A stretch of DNA of 64,000 bases, taken from contig JACTMU010000102.1 of NCBI GenBank assembly GCA_014584465.1, positions 21,896-85,895 of the forward strand, read 5' to 3'. The notes beneath the pieces are model-generated. The model was given only the letters and a program-made list of their open reading frames with translations, was not told where the DNA came from and did no database searches. The DNA is from Pseudomonadota bacterium (GTDB taxonomy: Bacteria; Bdellovibrionota; Bdellovibrionia; Bdellovibrionales; JACTMU01). Positions within the stretch are counted from its first letter, which is position 1; each line of letters begins with the position of its first letter. Positions 57,405-64,000 of the stretch are shown here, piece after piece. The translations under genes and the position numbers were made by a program.

Positions 57405-57662
57405 AAAACAAGTTTAGACGATCCTTAGGGGTACGTCCAACTTCCCTTCTTTAAATCTACCGCAAAGAGTCCGACCGGAGTCTAAGACCATAGACCAAAA
57501 TGTTAAGGTTTTTCCTGGCCCGAACAATGAAAAGGAGGCGAGAGCTGGACCATGAGCACACTGACGTGAACTTAACCTTTTCATATAATTAATAAACAAG
57601 TAGGATCTCTATATGTACTAAACACAACGCAGTGCTCGCGCACTCAGCGAAACCTACTAGGA

Positions 57663-59684
57663 ATGAGATCAGTGGCCAATATCCTTGTCATTGAAGAGGA
57701 CCCTCGGATTCAAACTCAAATCCGACAGTTTCTCTCGAGCATGACAGACAATCATATTGTTCGATTCTTTAAAGACTCCAAGGCGCTTCATGAACGTTTT
57801 TTCCCTCGAATGGAGAATGCCGAAGAAAACTCTCTTCTTGAAGCTCCTGAGAATGCCGATGCCTCTGCCCCACTTGAGGTCTTGGGCACAGTCAACATGG
57901 TCATCTTCAATGCATCCAATGTGGACTCACCCTTTAAGGCGTGGGTTGAGCGAATGCGAGAGGAGATTCAGGAGAAAGGGCTTCTCCCAGAAAACAACAC
58001 GACTCGATTCATTGCCATGAAATACGAAGATGATGGGGTCGACAATTCCGAATTCTTTCATTCCAACATTGACGATCTCATATGTTTGCCACTGGATCGA
58101 CTCCTATTCCTACAAAAAGTGGAGTTCATTCTTGCCCTCCCACGAAAGATCTCTCCAACCTTTCTCTTCAACCAAGAGGCCTCCCTGGACATCGAAGTCT
58201 CAAAGAAGAGTCAAATCAAGGAGATCTCCGACTTTGGTCTTGCAATCTACAACCCCGTGGCCTTGAATCTGGGAGTCGTGACTCACTTCTACTTTACACT
58301 TCCTGGTCAAAAGGAGATCTTGAGCCTCCATGGAAAGGTCCTTTTCACGAAGCCTCATCCAAAAAATGAAAAGATGTTCATCATCTACTTTATGTTTTTT
58401 GGTCTCTCCAAAGAGAACTTAAAAAAGCTTCGAACCTTCCTGACCAAGATTTCAAACTACAAAGCGGTCAAGATCAATGATCCTACTCGATTTGCCTATT
58501 CGGCGACAAGTTCTGAATTGAGTTATGATCAAAAACGGAAGAAAGTTGTTGCAATCATTGATGTGGACCAACATTCCTGCAGCACCACGAAAGATCTTCT
58601 ACTTGAGGGCATGGGACAAATTGATGTCATTACCAGCTTATCCTACTACCTCTTCTTCAAAGAGTATTTGACCGATCGAAAGGAAACAGAAAACAACATC
58701 TCAATTCCAGTTCAACAAGAGGAGCTTTACACAGAGACCATCGAGTGGCGAGTTTCCCATCTGACCCAGGAGTTTACGCAAGGACCTCAGGACCTAGAGG
58801 AGGACCACAACATTGTGGATCACAAGGCCCAGGAAGTCTTCGCATCACCGGATGGTTGGAAGAAACTCTTCGACCACCCTGATTCTCGGGCCCTCATATC
58901 TGAAATGTTTGCAATTGTGGAAACAAAGGGCGTGGCAGAGCGACTTGTTGATCTTGTTGCTGTGGAAGGTTCACTGAGAAAGGTTTCATTGCAACTCAAA
59001 TTGACTGAAAACAAACGTGAGATCGTCTTTTCCATGACAGCTCCAAAGGTCGAGGCTAAAACAGGCCACTCTGGGTTTATTGAGACACTTGATGCCATTA
59101 TCATCAACAGTGCACTGGTGCCTGCTGCGGTTCAGGAGTGGATCGACGGCCTTCAGGCTGCTTCAGAAAAGCGAGGCCTAAGTTCCACCGACCGTCGGGT
59201 CAAGATCATTCTTGTGGGTGAGGAGAGTCCCGCCTTCCTTCCAAAGATCTACAAGGTCTACTCGATTGACGGCATGATCTACAAACCCGTCGAAAGTCGA
59301 CGATTGCAGTGTCTTCTTTCAAATCTCATAAACTCACCATTTACACTCTACCAATTTGACAATATTTCATGGATTCCATCGGCCATTCCAGTTTACGTTG
59401 CCAAGGAGTCTCATCTTGAGTCCATTTCTGAATATGGCGTGACTCTTCTCAATGAGAGAAATTTCAACATAGGAACCACCTTGTACCTCCATGGTGGAAT
59501 TTTTGACCTCAACACCGAACGTGTCGTCTGTGGGCGAATGTACTACTCAAAGGAGAGCGAAAAGGAAAGGGGTAAATTTTCCTGTTCATTCCTCTACTTT
59601 GGGATTGACGAAGAGTTCCTCAAATACATCCGAAAATGGATCCGAACCAACTACGCACGGACCAAAATCGTCAGCGGGAATTAG
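57663..59684 (+). CDS. Multi-domain signalling scaffold candidate: receiver-like domains lacking the phospho-Asp, interleaved with PilZ-like segments
   Basis: ILVIEEDPRIQ...VNMVIFNAS (N at the acceptor position)...DDLICLPLD. A second and third receiver-like stretch: VVAIIDVDQ..., and LDAIIINSAL...VKIILVGEES...MIYKPVE. Two segments carry xxSxxG (EISDFGLAI, SISEYGVTL) but no RxxxR. Confidence 0.45.
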   Translation: MRSVANILVIEEDPRIQTQIRQFLSSMTDNHIVRFFKDSKALHERFFPRMENAEENSLLEAPENADASAPLEVLGTVNMVIFNASNVDSPFKAWVERMREEIQEKGLLPENNTTRFIAMKYEDDGVDNSEFFHSNIDDLICLPLDRLLFLQKVEFILALPRKISPTFLFNQEASLDIEVSKKSQIKEISDFGLAIYNPVALNLGVVTHFYFTLPGQKEILSLHGKVLFTKPHPKNEKMFIIYFMFFGLSKENLKKLRTFLTKISNYKAVKINDPTRFAYSATSSELSYDQKRKKVVAIIDVDQHSCSTTKDLLLEGMGQIDVITSLSYYLFFKEYLTDRKETENNISIPVQQEELYTETIEWRVSHLTQEFTQGPQDLEEDHNIVDHKAQEVFASPDGWKKLFDHPDSRALISEMFAIVETKGVAERLVDLVAVEGSLRKVSLQLKLTENKREIVFSMTAPKVEAKTGHSGFIETLDAIIINSALVPAAVQEWIDGLQAASEKRGLSSTDRRVKIILVGEESPAFLPKIYKVYSIDGMIYKPVESRRLQCLLSNLINSPFTLYQFDNISWIPSAIPVYVAKESHLESISEYGVTLLNERNFNIGTTLYLHGGIFDLNTERVVCGRMYYSKESEKERGKFSCSFLYFGIDEEFLKYIRKWIRTNYARTKIVSGN

Positions 59685-59790
59685 AAGAGACTATCTCTCT
59701 CAACAAAACACCAAGATCGTCCGATATAACTACAACTCGATGGAACGTACAAAATTCTTTCATTAAACTTACTTGCAGGAGTTATGCACA

Positions 59791-61479
59791 ATGTCAAGTC
59801 AAGATCTTTCAAAACAGATTTCTCAGATGGTTCAACCCCTTGTGGAGGAGCTTGAGAGCATCGCATTGCGAATCGAATATGACCCCAATGATCTTGAAAT
59901 CGTTACGGGAATGACACGAATTCTCAAAAGCATCGAGATGATCAGTTCTTTTTCAAACTCTTCTTTCCTAAAGGACCTCACTTCGCACTTTCAACAGTTT
60001 GTTCAATATCTCTACCAAAATTCGTTAAGAATTCAACAGAGCGATCTTGAAACCATCTTCCGTGGTGTGGATCTCCTCAAGGACCATTTTCGAACGACCA
60101 CCGGAGAAAAGAGATCAGTCGAACACCCCTCTTCTCACGAGATTGAATCCTATTTCAAAGTTGAGAAAAGTAATGCAAATGGAGAGTCTTCACAAGGGAG
60201 GAGTCGAACAAGAGGCCACGATCAGTCCAACGAGAAGATCACCATACCCATCTCTGTACTTGATCAATTCCTTGAGGTCACCGGAAAGCTGACCATCATA
60301 CGAAGAATGATCAAGAGCAAAGCCGATACTCTAAAAAGACGATATATGAAAGACAAAGATGTCATTGCCCTCATCGAGATCATCGATGAAATGCAAAAGG
60401 AAAACCAGCATCTTCAAAATCGATCTGAATCACTTCGAAAAATACCACTTCAGTTTGTGTTCAATCCCATCAAACGAAATCTACGAAAAGCGACGCAAAA
60501 CAACAACAAAAAGATTCACCTTTCGCTTATTGGAGAGGAACTTCTTATTGATCGAAAACTCTCAAAAATTCTTTCCACCTGCCTTGACCCCATCATCTTC
60601 AACTCCATCGAACACGGCATCGAATTTCCCGAAGAACGAAAGAGATCTGGGAAGGACGAGGTCGGTCATATAAAGATTTCAGGACAAATTCGAGATGATC
60701 GAATGTTCATCGAAATCATCGATGATGGAAAGGGTCTTGATCTTCAACACATAAAGACCAAAGCCGTAGAAAGAGGATTTCTCTCTCGATCTCAAATTGA
60801 CGGACTCGATGAACATAAGATCGCCAATCTCATCTTTGAATCCCAACTCTCAAATTCAAAAGAGACAGATCAAGAGAACCTTACCCAATACCAAATGGCG
60901 CTTTCCCAAGTCAAACAAGAGCTTGAATACTTGGGCGGCCACATCGAAGTCCACGAAACTTCAAAGAAAGGTACGACGTTCCGACTTGAAATCCCTCTTC
61001 CAAAGTCGTTTTTGGTTCTTCAAGCGATCTATGCTCGATGCAATGGCCACAGTTTTGCCATTCCTCGAGACGAAGTGAGTGCGGTTTTGGATCTGCAATC
61101 CATGAAAAAGCAGAAGCGCGTTCAAGACATCGAGGGGGAAGATGTCCTATCGTATCAAGATCAAAACATTCCTCTCATAGACCTGAAAAAGATCTTTCCA
61201 AAACCCAACACTCGAAAAGGGAGCGTTGAAAGCCAAGATGTCAGCATTGTCATTGTGGGCAACGATGTCGTCACCTTTGGAATGATTGTCGACCAAGTCC
61301 TAAGCCTCGAGGAGATCGTGATCAAAGAGATGGACGGATATGTAAAAAACAACAACATATTCTCAAAGGCAACGCTCATAGGGGATGAGGGGCTTTCGCC
61401 AGTCCTTGATCTTGACTGCTTTACACGGGTGATCAAGGAAAAGAAGTTGCGAACGCGTCGCCAAATTCTCTCGGCGTAA
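59791..61479 (+). CDS. CheA-like protein (HPt-like, dimerisation, HATPase-like, CheW-like domains) with degenerate catalytic motifs
   Basis: N-box-like FNSIEHGIEFPEERKRSGKDEVGHIKI. G1 DDGKGLD. CheW-like C-terminus (FAIPRDEVSAVLDL...VVTFGMIVDQVLSLEEIV). The HPt-like helix reads TRILKS where CheA has HxLKG. The G2 region reads TQYQMALSQV. ATG at 59791; the ORF-track TTG is 59773. Confidence 0.65.
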   Translation: MSSQDLSKQISQMVQPLVEELESIALRIEYDPNDLEIVTGMTRILKSIEMISSFSNSSFLKDLTSHFQQFVQYLYQNSLRIQQSDLETIFRGVDLLKDHFRTTTGEKRSVEHPSSHEIESYFKVEKSNANGESSQGRSRTRGHDQSNEKITIPISVLDQFLEVTGKLTIIRRMIKSKADTLKRRYMKDKDVIALIEIIDEMQKENQHLQNRSESLRKIPLQFVFNPIKRNLRKATQNNNKKIHLSLIGEELLIDRKLSKILSTCLDPIIFNSIEHGIEFPEERKRSGKDEVGHIKISGQIRDDRMFIEIIDDGKGLDLQHIKTKAVERGFLSRSQIDGLDEHKIANLIFESQLSNSKETDQENLTQYQMALSQVKQELEYLGGHIEVHETSKKGTTFRLEIPLPKSFLVLQAIYARCNGHSFAIPRDEVSAVLDLQSMKKQKRVQDIEGEDVLSYQDQNIPLIDLKKIFPKPNTRKGSVESQDVSIVIVGNDVVTFGMIVDQVLSLEEIVIKEMDGYVKNNNIFSKATLIGDEGLSPVLDLDCFTRVIKEKKLRTRRQILSA

Positions 61480-61522
61480 TGCACTCATTCGTTCGACTGT
61501 CACCTAGGAAAGAACTCCCGCC

Positions 61523-62236
61523 TTAATTTTCGCTCGCGCCCATGGGAAGAAGGAGCCGAAAGGTTGTCTCCTCTTGATCCTGATCGAAGATCAAATCCCC
61601 GCCAGAGGATCGGGCAAAGAGACGCCCGTAGGAGAGACCTATTCCCAAGTGGCGTTGAGGATCTTTGGTTGTAAAAAAGGGATCGAACAATTTGGAAGTG
61701 ACCTCTTCACTGGGCTTTGATCCATTGTCCGTGACGGTGAATGCGAAGCGATCCCCGTCTGCTTCTCCACTCACCTTAATCCACTTGTCCTTTGCATCGT
61801 CCATGGACTCGATGGCGTTGGATATAAGACCCATGAGAACATAACAAACCGTATTTCCTTCACAAAAGAGACTCTCCCCTTCCACTTTCCCCATTTCCAC
61901 ATTCACATGATTTCTCTTTAATCTCTTTCGCACAATCTCCACGGAGTTTTTCAACAAATCTCCGCTGAGATTCCAATCCGGTGGTTCACTTTCAGAAATG
62001 TGATAGATTCGTCCAAAACTCTTAAAGGTTCCAGAGAGCTCCAGAATGGTGGTTCGAATGTCACTAAGAACTTGAGCCTCATCCCCCTTTGAACCCCCTT
62101 GCTCTGAGAGCGCCTCTTCGAGGTCTTCAACAGGGCCAAGAATAAAGTTGAGCCGATTGTTGGCCTCATGAATCAAGCTTCCTAAGACCTCAAGAATTTG
62201 AAAACGACTGTATCTGACAATGCGTTGTATGAGCAT
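61523..62236 (-). CDS. Soluble histidine kinase
   Basis: H-box LIHEANNRLN, N-box LISNAIESM, DNGSK, FDPFFTTK, GIGLSYG. Lies 23 nt downstream of the CheY-like gene. Confidence 0.8.
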   Translation of the reverse strand: MLIQRIVRYSRFQILEVLGSLIHEANNRLNFILGPVEDLEEALSEQGGSKGDEAQVLSDIRTTILELSGTFKSFGRIYHISESEPPDWNLSGDLLKNSVEIVRKRLKRNHVNVEMGKVEGESLFCEGNTVCYVLMGLISNAIESMDDAKDKWIKVSGEADGDRFAFTVTDNGSKPSEEVTSKLFDPFFTTKDPQRHLGIGLSYGRLFARSSGGDLIFDQDQEETTFRLLLPMGASEN

Positions 62237-62259
62237 CTCCTGATCCAAAATAGAACTCC

Positions 62260-62637
62260 TTATCTCTCTGCTAAAACAGACTCGATCTTCGCAAGAAGAA
62301 CCTTCCGATCCAGAGGCTTAGAAAAGATGGCTTTGGCTCCCATCGCCAAAAATTCTCTCTCGGTCTTTGAAGAAAAACCCGTCACGAAGATCACAGGTGG
62401 CTTTCCATTAAGCTTGTCATTGATATTTTTGATCAGCTCAATTCCGTCACCATTAGGCATTCGCACATCCGAGACCACAAGGTCCACTTTATCTCGACCA
62501 AGACACTCAAAGGCCGATGTTCCATCCTCAGCCATGAGAACATGAAATCCTCGACGTTCTAAGAACTTGCCAACGTTTTCGCGGATCATCTCCTCATCAT
62601 CGACGACCAAAATCGAATACTCGGAGGGTTGAATCAT
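62260..62637 (-). CDS. Single-domain CheY-like response regulator
   Basis: ILVVDDEEMIR, DLVVSDVRMPNGDG, VTGF, SKPL. All canonical receiver residues are present. Confidence 0.9.
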   Translation of the reverse strand: MIQPSEYSILVVDDEEMIRENVGKFLERRGFHVLMAEDGTSAFECLGRDKVDLVVSDVRMPNGDGIELIKNINDKLNGKPPVIFVTGFSSKTEREFLAMGAKAIFSKPLDRKVLLAKIESVLAER

Positions 62638-62646
62638 GCATTCACC

Positions 62647-63510
62647 TCACTCTTTCATTTCCACCCTTGAATCCAAGGGCTGGCAGTCCGCACTTTCACC
62701 CACCAATCGCTCTGCATTGGGCTCTTCCAAAACTGATTCCAAACACGAGGAGACATGCACCCAGATCTCACCCTGGCGAAAGCTCTCCTCACTTCGCACA
62801 TCTCCCCATAGGAGTGTCCCACGATTCACATTAAATAAGAGTCGTCCCTGAATGTTGCTGGTCAGTTTGATCCCCGTCGGCAAAGGATCCATCAGCTTAA
62901 CCCCTCCGGAGATTTCTAAGTCCGCACACAGATCGCCGACACCACAACGATACAATCCTTTGAAGATCGAGATAAGACTTAAGTGCATGGGAAGTCCATT
63001 CTTCAGGCTCATCCATTTTGAATCGAGGGTCCACGTGTCCCCCACCCGAACAGGGCGATCAGGCAAGGATACAGGGGGTACGTAAAAGATGCTATTTCGA
63101 GGATAATCTCCTGCTTTGAGAACCTTTCCATTCGGGTTCAAGGTGACGATGAGCTCCTCTCCAATCTCTGGAAAGGCCATATCGTGAAGATCGGCAAAAC
63201 CATCCTTTTCAACCACACGAATCATTTGATTGATGTTGGCCTCCCCCGCGAGACCCTCACTCTCAACCTTGAAATCCATGACTTCATCCTTCTCGTTGGT
63301 GATTTGACCTGATTGGTAGACCTTGGTCCGTACGTGAGAATGGTAGGTGCTCTTTTCCAAACGCCCCGGCGTTGAAACGAGCTTGAGTTCTATAGCTTCC
63401 TTTTGATCCACCGAAGTCAACGATGAGCCAGGACCGCTCGCTGTTGCACAACCTGTTAGAATGAGAAGCCACAAACTGAGCTCAGTGACTTGACTCTTGA
63501 ACCACTTCAT
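62647..63510 (-). CDS. Hypothetical lipoprotein
   Basis: MKWFKSQVTELSLWLLILTGC (lipobox LTGC) if the ATG at 63510 is used. First gene-proximal partner of the RR-HK pair. Confidence 0.5.
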   Translation of the reverse strand: MKWFKSQVTELSLWLLILTGCATASGPGSSLTSVDQKEAIELKLVSTPGRLEKSTYHSHVRTKVYQSGQITNEKDEVMDFKVESEGLAGEANINQMIRVVEKDGFADLHDMAFPEIGEELIVTLNPNGKVLKAGDYPRNSIFYVPPVSLPDRPVRVGDTWTLDSKWMSLKNGLPMHLSLISIFKGLYRCGVGDLCADLEISGGVKLMDPLPTGIKLTSNIQGRLLFNVNRGTLLWGDVRSEESFRQGEIWVHVSSCLESVLEEPNAERLVGESADCQPLDSRVEMKE

Positions 63511-63988
63511 CGGCCTGTAGATTTTCTCCATGTTTGTAGCGCTCAACCAAATGTTTGTCATAAGTCGGAAAGGAGAAGAGAAGCACGTGGCTGTTGGAAG
63601 GCGCATCTTCAACTGTAACCACTAAGTAGTAGAGCTCCTTTTGCTCTTCATCAGAAAATTCCTTAAAGAAGGTTACAAGAACATGCCCCTTATAATCGGT
63701 GCTTCTCCAAATCTCATCTGCATCTTCGATCGTAATGGCCCTTAAATGAACAAATTCATGAAACTGCGCCTCCTTCACGTCCTGTTCGGAGCGCACCTTC
63801 AACATCGATTTGTAGAGTCCAACGGCAAGCTCGTCTCCCTCACTCAGCGCATCTCCCTCAACCGCACCAAGTTCCACCTCTTTGACGGTTCGATCATAAA
63901 TCATCTCTCCACGCCGGTAAGCTTCCAATATCTCCTCATGGTAAGTTGGAAAATGGAGGAATACGAAAACAGGAACCTCTTCCACCAT
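63482..63988 (-). CDS. Hypothetical protein with an internal duplication
   Basis: Repeated motif FLHFPTYHEEILEAYRRGE / LFSFPTYDKHLVERYKHGE. The upstream region is cut by the window end. Confidence 0.4.
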   Translation of the reverse strand: MVEEVPVFVFLHFPTYHEEILEAYRRGEMIYDRTVKEVELGAVEGDALSEGDELAVGLYKSMLKVRSEQDVKEAQFHEFVHLRAITIEDADEIWRSTDYKGHVLVTFFKEFSDEEQKELYYLVVTVEDAPSNSHVLLFSFPTYDKHLVERYKHGENLQADEVVQESSH

Positions 63989-64000
63989 ATGCGCAACGGC

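Noticed and set aside
57414-57599. 61-aa ORF upstream of thrA as a threonine attenuation leader peptide; also checked the 57405-57662 region for a riboswitch.
   Set aside because: The ORF has no run of Thr/Ile codons, and I could not recognise any known riboswitch core or a terminator/antiterminator pair by eye.

Overview
Chromosomal window at about 48-50% GC, read by eye from the sequence and the ORF track, with no database search. It is dense, operon-packed and mostly housekeeping. Gene content (a TIGR02147-like family, many LysM/TPR/secreted hydrolases, a large signalling load) suggests a Bdellovibrio-like or Oligoflexia-like Gram-negative; that is inference only.

Recognisable core genes:
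- Cell shape and envelope: ppiD, mreC-mreD-mrdA(PBP2)-rodA, an MltD-like transglycosylase, VKOR-DsbA.
- LPS: kdsA, an lptF/G-type permease, lpxC.
- Competence: dprA and a split comEC.
- Metabolism and other: trmH, a ClC channel, trxA, ald, pyk, a 2-hydroxyacid dehydrogenase, ubiB, cytochrome b561, a membrane pyrophosphatase, lysC, and thrA-thrB-thrC.

I saw no rRNA, tRNA, CRISPR array, prophage or classical defence island.

What stands out:
1. A REP-associated tyrosine transposase (RAYT) is caged by perfect 27-bp inverted repeats. Related REP-like sites, and a modular family of 120-163 bp MITE-like hairpin elements, are scattered through intergenic regions. The MITE-like elements share an identical ~58-nt core, and two copies carry orientation-locked TAAATA flanks.
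2. A signalling cluster at 57.6-64 kb holds a degenerate CheA-like protein and a multi pseudo-receiver/PilZ-like protein.
3. A LOV-type hybrid histidine kinase has Pro in place of the photoactive Cys.
4. comEC is split exactly at a TGATG junction next to an A6 run.
5. A 3-unit, 32-bp hairpin tandem repeat sits in a divergent promoter region.

None of these is proven novel from sequence alone.
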